Shown: piece by piece, positions 1 to 11,784 of the stretch
How the letters are laid out: the number at the start of each line of letters is the position of its first letter
Numbering within the stretch: position 1 is the stretch's first letter
NCBI RefSeq assembly: GCF_001194135.2
Contig: NC_068991.1
Span: forward strand, 65,805,592 to 65,838,871
DNA from: Octopus bimaculoides
Taxonomy: Eukaryota
DNA: 33,280 nt
Direction of reading: 5' to 3'
Notes under the pieces: model-generated
The model's database searches: none
What the model saw: the letters and a program-made list of their open reading frames with translations, nothing else
Told to the model about the DNA's origin: nothing
Position numbers and translations under genes: made by a program

Positions 1-43
1 ATATATATGTGTGTGTGTGTGTATATATATATACATATATGTA

Positions 44-75
<32 letters not shown>

Positions 76-289
76 CATATATATATGTGCGTGTATATAT
101 ATATATATATATATATATAGATGTGTGTATTTTGTTCGTATCAGTATTATCCCATAGGATCTGGAATGTATGGGAATTCCATTCTTAAAAATTTACATCC
201 AGGAATGACATGTAAAATATTTTGGAATGGAAAAGAAAATATGTTGGTCAAATGGAATTAAAAATAATCTCCAGAGTTTTCCTAACCTT

Positions 290-522
290 GTGGGCTTGTG
301 GGTGCTAGTGTCACATAAAATGCATCCGTACTGCCATGTAAACGCACCCATGCTGGTGCAGTGTAAGTGCGCATAGTACACTCTGTAAAGTGGTTAGTGT
401 TAGGAAGGGCATCTAGCTGTAGAAACCATGCCAAAGCAGTATGGAGCCTGAGCAGCTCCTGTCAAACCATCCAACCCATGCCAGCATGGCAAACACGTTA
501 AATGAAGATGATGATGATGAAA
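290..522 (+). repeat. (GAT)n-tailed family A repeat
   Basis: ttaggaagggcatctagctgtagaaac..ccaacccatgccagcatgg..gttaaatga+GAT tail. Confidence 0.75.
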
Positions 523-675
523 AGGAAGCTGCAGGATTGTAGCCTAATAAATTAAATATGCGCCGTCATATCCTTGTGTCCTCAAATGATAGTGCTTCTG
601 TAGTGAACAGGAAAGCTCTAGCACTTTCATGTGCTAAATAATTAAACAGTTTGATATCAACCCGTCTGAGAGCAC

Positions 676-826
676 TTACTCTTTACTCTTTTTACTCTTT
701 TACTTGTTTCAGTCATTTGACTGTGGCCATGCTGGAGCACCGCCTTTAGTCGAGCAAATCGACCCCAGGACTTATACTTTGTAAGCCTAGTATTTATTTT
801 ATTGGTCTCTTTTGCCGAACCGCAAA
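676..826 (-). mobile_element. Bipartite SINE 3' half
   Basis: Near-identical to 16918-17050 (cagtcatttgactg.ggccatgctggagcaccgcctttagtcgagcaaatcgaccc). Confidence 0.8.
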
Positions 827-904
827 AATAACCCTTCCAAAGAACTTCCCAGCAACACACAAAAGGGTGATACCTCTATGATTGTCACATTCACATTTGT
901 TACT

Positions 905-2680
905 GTTGTGCTTATAAAGATAGGCAAGTGTCTTTGAACTCCTGTGGGACTGATCCTGATTCCCAGATTAAGGAGAAGAGTTCACATAACTTCTTTAGCA
1001 GGAGACTGCTACCACATTTATATATCTTGGCTGGTAGGCCAGACGACATTCTATTCGTGAGCTGTTTTATGACCTTTTTTATTTCAGTATTTGATTGAGC
1101 GACTGACAGTTCTTCAATTGAGAACATTTGAAAAGTGCTCTGCCCAGCCTTCATGATCTTTTTATCTGTCAGAAGATTATCCTCACTTGAACGAACACCC
1201 TTTAAATTCTGGTAGAATGACCTAGAGTCACATCTGTCAGCAGCATCTTACAATTCTTGTGCCTTCCTTTGCCACCATATCTGTTTCTTTTGCCTCAGTT
1301 GAGATTGGCATGTATTTCTGGCCCTTTTAAACTCATTGCATTTTGTGGAATTATTTCTATTTGACATCCATTGATAGTGGCACTTGTGCATATTGTCCAA
1401 AAGAAGATAGCTGTTTGGACCATTTGAATGAAACCAATCTTTGTGCTTCCTCTTAACATACCCAAGTGTTTCACAAGATGACTCACATATAGTATTTTTA
1501 AAAGCAGACCACACTGATTCAATATCTGTGTTGTCTGAGACGCTAGCAAGTTTGTTGTCTCAGGTTGTTTGAAATGAGGTTAAATTGTCGTCGTTCCCCA
1601 GCTTTGTTACATCCACTTTTCAAACTGGTCAAGTGCAATTGCTATGAATAGGACTGCAGATAGTAAAATTCACTTTTGATTGTATCAGTCTATGGTCAGA
1701 CCAGCTCTCCCCAATGGAGTAAGAACATGTTACTTGGACATCTTCCCTCATGGAAGACCTCACAATTATGTAATCAACGAAGTGATTAATGGGTTGATCG
1801 GGGATGCTTCCAGGTAGTTTTGTGGTGGTTGGAGAGTTGGAAAATAGTATTGGTAATCAAAAGTCCTTACTCACTGCAAAGTGATAGCAGCAGATGGCAA
1901 TTGTGTTTGCCTTGCCAACCCCATGCTTCCCCGTCATGTCACTCCATATGGATATATCACAACCTACACGTGCATTGAAATCACCAAGAAGTTTATCATA
2001 GATGGAAACACCTCTCAACTGGCTATGTAGCTCGACTACTTCATTTGAGTTCATGATTGGAGCATAGCAGCTGAAAATATTTGCATATCTATTTTTGCTA
2101 ATGTAGATGCACAATGACATGAGTCTTTCACTAATGCCAACAGGCAGAAGTTCAAGTTGTTTCACCAGGTCATTCCGAATAGCAAACCCAACACCTGCCT
2201 CTTTTTTCACTTCCTGAGGCTTACCCATTCAGAAGAAAGTGTATCCACCATCAACTTCTTGTAGCTGACCACAGTCTGCTAATCTGGTTTCTGAAAGAGC
2301 TGCTATTCTGACGTTTCTTTCCTTCAAGATATGTGCAACCAAAGTGGTCCTATGTTCTATATTCTTCTTGCTGTCCTGAAGAGTTCTCACATTCCAAGAT
2401 GCAATAAAAAGGTTTTTTATTTTCAATTTGCTTAAATTTTTTGGTGCAGGTTTAGGTTCCCAGTCATTTGCATCTAATGACAGGGAGCAATATGAGTAAA
2501 CAAATTTTGGGTTGCATTTTCTCGACCCCTCCTCCATAAGAGGAAAGCAGTGTCATCCTAAACAGGGCTGCTTTGTTGTGAAAGGAGGACACAAATTACA
2601 CAATTACCGGCAGATGTATAAAGTGGCCATCTGCCTTTCACCACCTATGTGCAAAGTTCAAGCTAAGAACTTCCAGATGT
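905..2680 (-). mobile_element. Decayed RTE-clade LINE: 5' UTR, apurinic endonuclease domain and start of RT, 3'-truncated
   Basis: Broken ORFs with IASWNVRTL, IAALSETR, GGYTFF, AGVGFAI, SERLMSL, SCYAP, LGDFNARVG (APE motifs) and IYKCG..LL..L.ELF..IWE.G.VPQEFKD (pre-RT). Stops and frameshifts present; ends approximate. Confidence 0.88.
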
Positions 2681-2682
2681 GA

Positions 2683-3472
2683 GTACCAAAATCACACTCA
2701 TGGGCCACATATTTAAGGTTAGTAACAAGATATATGCCCAAAAGAAGGTGCAGCAATTGGTGTCTGTATTACTGGTGATGTGGCTAACTTATGGTATGGT
2801 GGTATAGGAAACTCAAAGAGAAATTAGCAGAGACCTTCATAACCCTAACCTTCTACTCCCACTATGTGGATGATATCAACATAGCAGCCAAAGCACCCCT
2901 ACAAGACAATGTTGATGATCTAGAAGCTAACACTATGGAGAGCATGCAGCAAAATGCTAACTCTATCCACCAGAGTATTAAAGTAATGATAGACTACCAT
3001 ACCAAGTACCCGCTCTATAAGCTACCAGTTTTAGACATGGAACTCTGGCTGGAAACCAAGAGCAGTAAGGCCCAGATCCTTCGCTCCCGTTATGCCAAAC
3101 CCCTGACCTCTAAATACCTGGTCCACAAGAACACAGCTGTTGCAGACAATGCCAAGTTCAATATTCTTGTTGCAGATTTGGTGAGAGGGATGAGGAATGT
3201 GTTTCACATGTGTAAACCTATAGAATTGGAAAGGCACATACAAGACTTCATCCACCACATGCAGTTCTCTGGTTACAACCAAAGAGACAGGATTAGAGTG
3301 TACAAAGGAGCCAGGGCTAAGTGCAAAGCTATCGTAGAGAGTGATGCGAAGGGGATCCGGGAACAAAATAGAAAGAACCAGAAAAAAGAGAGATAAGACC
3401 AACTCTTGGTATGACAACAAAAAATACCAGAGTATCATGTTCGTTGATGCTACCCCTGGTGGCGAACTAACA
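2683..3472 (+). mobile_element. Penelope-like element (PLE) reverse transcriptase fragment, frameshifted
   Basis: With two frameshifts reads KIYAQKK-GAAIG..TGDVANL-MVWW...YVDD...LPVLDMELW...MQFSGY...MFVDATPGGEL: PLE-type QxxGxAIG and YVDD motifs plus thumb/linker. Truncated at about 3473 by a (CAT)n-tailed repeat before any GIY-YIG domain. Confidence 0.8.
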
Positions 3473-3473
3473 T

Positions 3474-3710
3474 ACATCATCATCATCACCGTTATTTAAT
3501 GTCCGTTGTCCATACTGGCATGGGTTGGACGGCTTGACCAGGGCTGGTAAGCTGGAAGGCTACACCAGACTCCAGTCTGATTTGGCATGGGTTTCTACAA
3601 CTGGATGCTCTTCCTAATGCCAATCATTCTACGAGTGTAATGGATGCTTTTACATGCCATCGTCGCAGGTGCCATTTATGTGACACTGGTATCTGCCATG
3701 ACTGCGATTT
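3474..3710 (-). repeat. (GAT)n-tailed family A repeat truncating the PLE
   Basis: Reverse complement of the family A core with CAT tail at 3474-3490. Confidence 0.75.
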
Positions 3711-3798
3711 TTTTAATACCTTTAATTTAGCATCAGCAGCTTTCCTGTTAACATCAAATTAAATATCCCAGTATTTTACGTAAAAGGGTATTGAAATA

Positions 3799-4135
3799 TC
3801 ATCATCATCATTTAGTGTCTGCTTTTCATGCTGGCATGGGTTAGCTGGTTTGACTGGAACTGGTAACCAGGTTCCAATTTGATTAGGCCTGGTTTCTATG
3901 ACTGGATGCCCTTCCTAATGTAATGGGGGCTTTTTACGTTCCACTGGCATCAGCCACAATTATGATCTCACTTGGCTTGAAAAGTCTTCTCAAGCACAGC
4001 ATGTCATCAAAGGTCTTGGTCACTTATCACCTCCGTGAGGCTCAACATTCAAACGATGCTTTTTACATGCCACCAGCATAAGAGCCTGTTATGTGACAAC
4101 AGCATCAGCCAGGAAACCACAATATGGTGCTGTGA
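3799..4135 (-). repeat. (GAT)n-tailed family A repeat
   Basis: Same core, reverse orientation. Confidence 0.7.
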
Positions 4136-4374
4136 GAATTTTATTCATTTTACTACGGCAATTTCCCTGTTAACACCAAATTAAATATTCCAGTATTTTA
4201 CTTAAAAGGATTGCTGCCACCATCTCAGCACTTATAATCTTTTCTACTCTAAGCACAAGGCCCAAAATTAGATCGACCCCAGTATGCAACTAGTACTTAA
4301 TTTATCGACCCTGAAAGGATGAAAGGCAAAGTTGACAGAATTTGAATTCAGAATGTAAAGACAGATAAAATACT

Positions 4375-4840
4375 TAATACCACTGTTGGTTAGACCTAGG
4401 AAGCTGCACCACTTCCTGTCGGCTTTGACACATTTCCTGTGTCCTTATGTTTACAAGAGGGAGACAAGTACCTCAACCCAGCTAAGCCTGCATCCAGAGA
4501 CATGTTTCTAAGTCTTTGCTCGTCATCAGTCTGGAGTAGCATGACCTGCTAGTCAAAGATGCCTGTCAAGCTTTTGTAAACATATAATAATTCTAGTGAA
4601 ATACATTCACTGATTTCAAATTCAGAAATAATACATTTCTACATCTCTCAGAGAGATTTATGCAGTAGTGATACGATTAAGTAGCTGTATGCTGTCAACT
4701 TAATGTGACAGTCCCATGAAGGGAATAATACTACTGTTGGTTAGACCTAGGAAGCTGCACCGCTTCCTGTCGGCCTTGACACATTTCCTGTGTCCTTATG
4801 TTTACAAGGGGGAGACAAGCACCTCCACCCAGCTAAGCCT
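4375..4840 (-). mobile_element. Terminally redundant retrozyme-like insertion (115-bp direct repeats, period 351 nt) containing a hammerhead motif
   Basis: 4375-4489 and 4726-4840 match at 109/115 nt with no indel; the hammerhead motif sits next to one repeat; the element splits a tRNA-derived SINE (head about 4836-4880, body about 4235-4381). Confidence 0.6.
4493..4535 (-). ncRNA. Minimal type-I hammerhead ribozyme motif (weak stem II)
   Basis: Minus strand TCCAGA-CTGATGA-CGAGCAAAGACTTA-GAAA-CATG-TC-TCTGGA: 6-bp stem I, intact core boxes, palindromic ACATGT stem III, GUC site; stem II poorly paired (C.A at its base). Confidence 0.55.
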
Positions 4841-5232
4841 TTCGCCCAGTATGCTAACATTTCTGCCAGCTCACCACCTTTCAGCCACTTATAATGAATG
4901 CAATATGATAATTGCTCTCTTAGCACTGACCAGTATGTACTTGGAAACATGTTGTTGCTTTATCTTGGGTCAGCCTTAGTTGAGATGTTTTATGATCAAT
5001 GGTATTTGTCTCGTTTTTCTTCTTCTTTTTTTTATGATAATGTGCATCCAGGAAACATTGTTTAATTTGTTCTTCCACTTTTAAAAAGGAAAATATGGTT
5101 TTATTTCAGTCAAGTTACAGTGTAAGGGGCTCCCAGTGAAAGTGTTTAATGTGAACTTGGCCTGGGTGTGATTGTTGTTTATCCTCTACACTTATCGTTT
5201 GTGGTGTGCATCCTAGTATAATGTTATAACAC

Positions 5233-5590
5233 AGGCATGGTTACTATGTGGTTGAGAAGTTCACCTTGCAACCACATGGTTTTAGGTTCAGTCCCACTGT
5301 GTGGCACTCTGGGCAAGTGTCTTCTATTATAGTCCTGGGCTGACCAATGCCTTGGTGAATTTGGTAGACAGAAATTGTGTGGAAGCCAGTTGAATGTGTG
5401 TGTGTGTGTGTTCTTGCATTGTCATTGAAGTCCATGACCACTTGACAATTGATGTTGGTTTGTTTACATCCCTGTAATATAGCAATCAATAAAAGAGATT
5501 GATATTAGTACTAGACTTTAAAGAAAAATAAGTACTGTGTTGATTTGTTCACCTTTAAACCCTTTGAGGTGGCACCCCAGCATGATGGCT
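5233..5590 (+). mobile_element. Degenerate copy of the bipartite tRNA-derived SINE
   Basis: Similar along its length to 16918-17352 (ggttcagtcccactg, gggcaagtgtcttctattatag, internal TG repeat). Confidence 0.7.
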
Positions 5591-6043
5591 GCAGTCCCAA
5601 AACATGTAATTGGGGAGCAAGCTTCTTACCACACAGACATGCCAAGTAAAGCATAATATTTTTGCCTCCTGCGTATGTGATAGGTTTATGTTTTTGAGTA
5701 TGTTGGTTGATTTAACTCAATGTTCTCTGGTGTTGCTAGGAAGAAGGAAAGAACTACTTTAAAATTGGCATTTTGGAGTCAGATGACTTGAGTATTTTTG
5801 GTGTAGTTGCACAGCTGTGTCACGAGAATGGTAAAAGAGTGTGAATATGATGTTATCTGTGTCTATGCTTTGTGATGGTGCTGGAAGATCATATAGTTAT
5901 GGGCCATATAGTTATATCCACACAAATAGATTATTTTTAGGCTTTGCAATATCTGAATGTGTCATATTTTATATATTTCACAGGCTTGGTAAAATGAGAG
6001 ACAGTTTATATCCTAGCACATTGTGTTGTTTCTTTGGGAAATG

Positions 6044-6082
<39 letters not shown>

Positions 6083-6405
6083 NNNNNNNNNNNNNNNNNN
6101 NNNNNNNNNNNNNNNNNNNNNNNNNNNNNNNNNNNNNNNNNNNNNNNNNNNNNNNNNNNNNNNNNNNNNNNNNNNNNNNNNNNNNNNNNNNNNNNNNNNN
6201 NNNNNNNNNNNNNNNNNNNNNNNNNNNNNNNNNNNNNNNNNNNNNNNNNNNNNNNNNNNNNNNNNNNNNNNNNNNNNNNNNNNNNNNNNNNNNNNNNNNN
6301 NNNNNNNNNNNNNNNNNNNNNNNNNNNNNNNNNNNNNNNNNNNNNNNNNNNNNNNNNNNNNNNNNNNNNNNNNNNNNNNNNNNNNNNNNNNNNNNNNNNN
6401 NNNNN
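6083..6405. other. Assembly gap (others: 11075-11771, 12834-13101, 19923-19932, 20775-21330, 22474-22483, 23406-23922, 25570-25579, 27008-27085)
   Basis: Runs of N, mostly flanked by microsatellites. Confidence 1.
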
Positions 6406-6432
6406 ATATATATATATATATATACATATATA

Positions 6433-6594
6433 CGACGGGCTTCTTTCAGTTTCCATCTACCAAATCCACTCACAAGGCTTTGGTCAGCCCAAGGCTATAG
6501 TAGAAGACACTTGCCCAAGATGCCACGCAGTGGGATTGAACCCAGAACCATGTGGTTGGTAAGCAAGCTACTTACCACACAGCCACTCCTGCGC
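6433..6594 (-). mobile_element. Bipartite SINE, tRNA-derived head half
   Basis: Near-identical to 17190-17352; ends in (TA)n and a gap. Confidence 0.8.
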
Positions 6595-7673
6595 TTATAT
6601 ATATATAGTTTGTGTGTAAGTGGATAGTTAGAACAGTGGCAAAAGCTTGGCTGATGTCATTTGTAGGATCAATCAGCCTGGTGTTTTATTTTCAGTTTGA
6701 AGTCCTCTTTTAATTTTAATATGTTGTTTAATTATCAACTCTGATCAAGTAGACCTATGTTTCGGATGCAGCTGTGATCCTATTCTCATCTATTCAGATA
6801 GAATGTACTTTTGACGTTATCCAATGTGGTGTCTAATTTGAAGTAGACTTCTCTCTTATTTCTAACAGACCGAGTAGAGACTATTTTTTTTCACTCATCC
6901 CTATGTAATGTTTGTGAATAATGTGGTATTTACTTAACCCATTACCTACCAGTGATCTCATATGAGATCACTTAAAAATTACAAATTTCGTAATTATCTG
7001 TCAATATTTACACATATCTAACCTTTTTGCTATATCTACTAGGTATATTTCTCTGATATTCAAATGAGGTTTGCTAATTTTTCACCCAATATCTCGCTTA
7101 TTTCTATTTAAAATGTTATTTTGAAATGTTATTTTGATCATCCCAGCGTGTTTCTAAGGCTGTTTTATGCTAGAAATCAAAGTTTCATAAAAAAATCCCA
7201 GTTAATAGAATTATGGGAGGTAATGGGTTAAGCCCTTCACTTCCAAGGAACATGGGTTATCAACAACTTTACCTCATTGTTTTCAATACTGGGTTATCTT
7301 TCATTGAGGGAAGGCCTTTTACTCCCAGATTTTATTGCTTTGAACTGTCATTGATGATTCAAAGAGTTTGCATTTTTTCTAGATAGGGGTGTTGGCTCTA
7401 TGCAAACCCATTTTTACCTTTAGGAGGAGGCGTTCCTTATTAGTTTGGTTTCTCTCCTTTGACTTGTCCAGCAGGAGTGGCCCTATCAGGAACTTAAATT
7501 CTGCTGACATAGCTCTCAGGGTCACCGAAGCACACAAGCCACCTTATCGCATCAAGGACTGGACCTTACGGTGGAGCTGTGTGGGGGCTGAAGATAATGG
7601 TCTGGATCCATATTGGAAATAACCTACTATCCACTTAAACCTTACCAGGAATAACACCAAACCTGAGTCAATT

Positions 7674-7674
7674 C

Positions 7675-7722
<48 letters not shown>

Positions 7723-7757
7723 AAATAATAATATAATAATAATAATAATAATAATAA
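7674..7757. repeat. (AAT)n microsatellite
   Basis: Direct reading. Confidence 0.95.
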
Positions 7758-8000
7758 TTTATTCTTTTATTAGCCACAAGGGCTCACATACAATAACATT
7801 AAAGGACATGTAACAACATAAAGACAAAAATGGGATGATACAATGGGTTTTACAGCATGTAAACAATATAAATAGCAATTAAAATTGAACAAATTAAAAC
7901 TCCCAATAGGGGAGGTGCTTTAAGGTCCTTTGGGAAAAACCCAGAAAAGCCACGGGTGCCTGATCAACAGGGTAAGAGCCCTTCTCCTTTGATTTTTAAA
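7757..8000 (-). mobile_element. Probable LINE 3' UTR fragment with AATAAA and (TTA)n tail
   Basis: Minus strand ends ..gagcccttgtggctAATAAAagaataa followed by the long trinucleotide tract 7674-7757. Confidence 0.4.
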
Positions 8001-8069
8001 ATCATCATCATCATTATCATCATCATGATAATAATAATAATAATAATAATAATCATCCTTAAACAAACC

Positions 8070-8325
8070 TTATTCAGGGACCTTTTGAGCGGGATGGGCT
8101 ACTCGACCTGAAGAAAATTCTAACTGGGCCCAACCTGCGAGGTCATGCGCTGTTTATCTTGATATGAGATCACCATGTCGCGCACATATGATTGTGATGC
8201 ATGTGCCTGGTGTATCCTTATCAGACGGGTAGTCATGATGGGTATATTGGGCTTTGTATATTTTACCCCAGTGTCACTTTGATGGCATGCACTGCTCTCT
8301 CATTCAATAATAATAATAACAATAA
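8070..8325 (+). repeat. Interspersed repeat embedded in (AAT)n tracts
   Basis: About 240-bp GC-richer block flanked on both sides by AAT repeats; family not identifiable from this window alone. Confidence 0.4.
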
Positions 8326-8713
8326 CGGTTTCAAATTTTGGCACGAGGCCAGCAATTATGGTGAAGCTGTGTGGTGTCTGAATCACTATCAGAAGTTAGA
8401 GAGAGAGAGGAATCTGTTGGAACAAAAGTAACCATGAAACAATAACAGAAAAGTAACATAAAACACGACTTTAACTATACCCACCATAGGGCTGGAATAC
8501 AGAGTGATTCGGTGCATTGGGAACTGTAAGTGAAGATATAGACAAATAGTTGAAGGAGACTGGAATAGAATGTCCTGTAGAGCTTCTAAAAAAAGTTTGT
8601 CTCTAGAGACAGGAAAGATTATCAGGAAGGCTCTTTGCCGCCCACTTCTTCCTTTGTGTGATACACACCACAGGTACATACAAAAAGAACAAGTTGGCGT
8701 ATTAATATTATTG

Positions 8714-8930
8714 ATAGTTTCAAATTTTGGTACAAGGCTAGCAATTTTGGGGGAGGAGGTAAGTTGATTACATTGATCCCAGTACTCAGCTGATTCTTAT
8801 TTCATCGGCCCCCAAAAGGATGAAAGTCAAAGTCAATCTTGGCAGAATTTGAACTCAGAATGAGATGACAGACAAAATGCTGCTAAGTATTTTGCCTGGC
8901 ACAGTAACAATTGTGCCAGCTCATCACCTT
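8714..8930 (-). mobile_element. tRNA-derived SINE family D (GGCGAGCTGGCAG head; aaaggatgaaag.caaagtc core)
   Basis: Shares core gaaaggatgaaagtcaaagtcaatcttggcagaatttgaactcagaa with at least six other copies in the window. Confidence 0.7.
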
Positions 8931-8949
8931 AATAATAAAAATATTAATA

Positions 8950-9170
8950 ATTTTTTCTATTATAGGCAAAAGGCTTGAAATTTTTGGGGTGGGAGCTAGT
9001 CAATTACATTGACCCCAGTGCTTAACTGGACTTATTTCATTGACCCCTAAAAAATGAAAAGCAAAGTTGACCTTGGCAGTATTTGAACTCAGAACATCAA
9101 CATTCTTTCTGAGGAAATTCTGCTAAGCATTTTGTCTATCATGCTAGCAATTCTTCCAGCTCCCTGCCTT
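8950..9170 (-). mobile_element. SINE family D copy, tandem to the previous one
   Basis: Same core and head. Confidence 0.7.
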
Positions 9171-9884
9171 CAATGATAGTAATAAAGAAATATACAACCC
9201 CATCTTAATGTTACTTGACTGACAATAAATTTTTGTATTAACAAGATTGTGTTTCTTTTCCCTAGGAAGATTTGGCTGCTATTTCTAGCAAGGTGAGAAA
9301 CTCTTCAGGGGCTCTCTCATTGATTTGAAGTGTTTTGTTAGTTTGCTGAGCTGCAATCACCTCATGTAAACAGAATGGATTCCACCACAGTGATTTGCTA
9401 TAAATACATGACAGTCCAGTCCACTACAGCAAAATGTGTCATGGATCCTTACATGTAACAACATTTTTTAAAGCCTGGATCATAGATATTTGAATAATTC
9501 TGATTCCAGTTTTGGTGTATGCTAAGTTTAGTAACTAACTTCCTGGATCATCTACATTAACAATCAAAGCGTTTGAAATAATAGCAGAATCACCTTCAAA
9601 TCACATCCTTTGGTCTTAAAAGTTAAAAAGAACATGTTGGATAATGTAGGGCTGAACATACGAAAAGATGGGAAGGTCACAGCTTGAACACCATTCACCA
9701 TAAATCTATAGAGTTAACCCCTATATAGCATTCAGATTACTCTGTCAAATGTAATGCTTATTTATTCGCATAGATTTGAATTAAGTAACCATGCACTATC
9801 TCATAGCTTCAACATTTTGATGATGTCATTTATTTTTAGAATGACGTTGTAGGGAAGGTGTGAGAGACCAGATCTTACTGGTTT

Positions 9885-10260
9885 GAATTTCCCTGGGTAT
9901 AGATACACTGAAGCTCCGACTTCTGGCAACTGACTTGGTAAACACCCACAAAATTGTTAACCATCGTACCAACAACCACCTTGAGCACCTTTTTGAGCTC
10001 CATGTGTTTAACACATGTAGGCATGCCTACAAAGTCAGAAAACAGCACAGCTCCCATGACTTTTGGAAACATTTTTTCACACTCAGAGTTGCTGAAGCAT
10101 GGAACAAATTCCTGCATCAGTTGTTAGTTGCCGAGACATTGCATCCTGTTAAAACCTCCATGCTTCCTGGAATTCACCAACACTACACTGAACACTCTAT
10201 TAGGAGTGACTTCCTCTCTGTATCAATCCCAGCACTTAACACGTCAAAAGACAATTTAGG
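9885..10260 (+). mobile_element. CR1-clade LINE, 3' end of ORF2 (5'-truncated, decayed)
   Basis: ISLGIDTLKLRLLATDLVNTHKIVN...KVRKQHSSHDFWKHFFTLRVAEAWNK fits the CR1 C-terminal L..LE.RR...DL...YKI...RK.FFS.RV...WN pattern. Confidence 0.72.
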
Positions 10261-11040
10261 ATATATGCGATTCTCCCACTCACAGTTCTGAACGTGAATA
10301 TAACACGTACACCACAAATACTTCTAATCCTGGTAAAAACCATATCCTATTAGGAATCACTTTAGTGTTTCCTGACTTAAATGCTTTCCAGTTTAACTGG
10401 TCCATCCCTATTTCAATTCTCAAGTAGTGTCTATCATGGAAATGTTGATCATACAAAGTCTTTGTTGTTCAATCAGAGCATGGATGTAACTATCAATCCA
10501 TCTATGAAATTGCTAGTGTGACGTATATTGCCACACACACACTCACACTCACTTCATACTGTGAAGTGTGGCACGTAACCAAAGTTTGTACTCTGTAGGT
10601 CCCTTACTCCACTCCTAAATCCAATGCAGTAGGATGTGATGGGGGTCAAACCACAGGATAAGCTTGTGTGTGGAATAAGAGCCTTATAATTAACAATATA
10701 CAAAAAACATACATGTTATTACTCAACACTGAAGACATAAATTAACAAGATTATATATTTCAAAAAGCAATTATGTAATCCTAGCAGGGATTTGTTGGAA
10801 TGTGTATATGTTTTATAAAAGATAGAATACTATGTTTTCTGTGTTTTATTACTACCATATATGTGTGTATGTGTGTATGAAAGGGATGTGTCAAGGTCAT
10901 GTCCTCATGCTCCCCCCTATATCAATGCTGCCCTCACATCCCACCCCATATTTTTTTTTTAATCACAATTCAATATTTACTAAAATGTATCTGTCAATCT
11001 GACTGTCTATCTGGGGATTCACAACCCCTAACTTTCTTGG

Positions 11041-11074
<34 letters not shown>

Positions 11075-11784
11075 NNNNNNNNNNNNNNNNNNNNNNNNNN
11101 NNNNNNNNNNNNNNNNNNNNNNNNNNNNNNNNNNNNNNNNNNNNNNNNNNNNNNNNNNNNNNNNNNNNNNNNNNNNNNNNNNNNNNNNNNNNNNNNNNNN
11201 NNNNNNNNNNNNNNNNNNNNNNNNNNNNNNNNNNNNNNNNNNNNNNNNNNNNNNNNNNNNNNNNNNNNNNNNNNNNNNNNNNNNNNNNNNNNNNNNNNNN
11301 NNNNNNNNNNNNNNNNNNNNNNNNNNNNNNNNNNNNNNNNNNNNNNNNNNNNNNNNNNNNNNNNNNNNNNNNNNNNNNNNNNNNNNNNNNNNNNNNNNNN
11401 NNNNNNNNNNNNNNNNNNNNNNNNNNNNNNNNNNNNNNNNNNNNNNNNNNNNNNNNNNNNNNNNNNNNNNNNNNNNNNNNNNNNNNNNNNNNNNNNNNNN
11501 NNNNNNNNNNNNNNNNNNNNNNNNNNNNNNNNNNNNNNNNNNNNNNNNNNNNNNNNNNNNNNNNNNNNNNNNNNNNNNNNNNNNNNNNNNNNNNNNNNNN
11601 NNNNNNNNNNNNNNNNNNNNNNNNNNNNNNNNNNNNNNNNNNNNNNNNNNNNNNNNNNNNNNNNNNNNNNNNNNNNNNNNNNNNNNNNNNNNNNNNNNNN
11701 NNNNNNNNNNNNNNNNNNNNNNNNNNNNNNNNNNNNNNNNNNNNNNNNNNNNNNNNNNNNNNNNNNNNNNNAGAGAGAGAGAGA

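Noticed and set aside
5841-6627. Long ORFs spanning N-runs (also near 10899-11954, 12673-13162, 20687-21457)
   Set aside because: They are open only because of Ns and (TA)n tracts.
6745-6795. Minus-strand GGAT..ATCC-GAAA-CATAG-GTC hammerhead-like remnant
   Set aside because: The CTGANGA box is missing or displaced; too degenerate to call.
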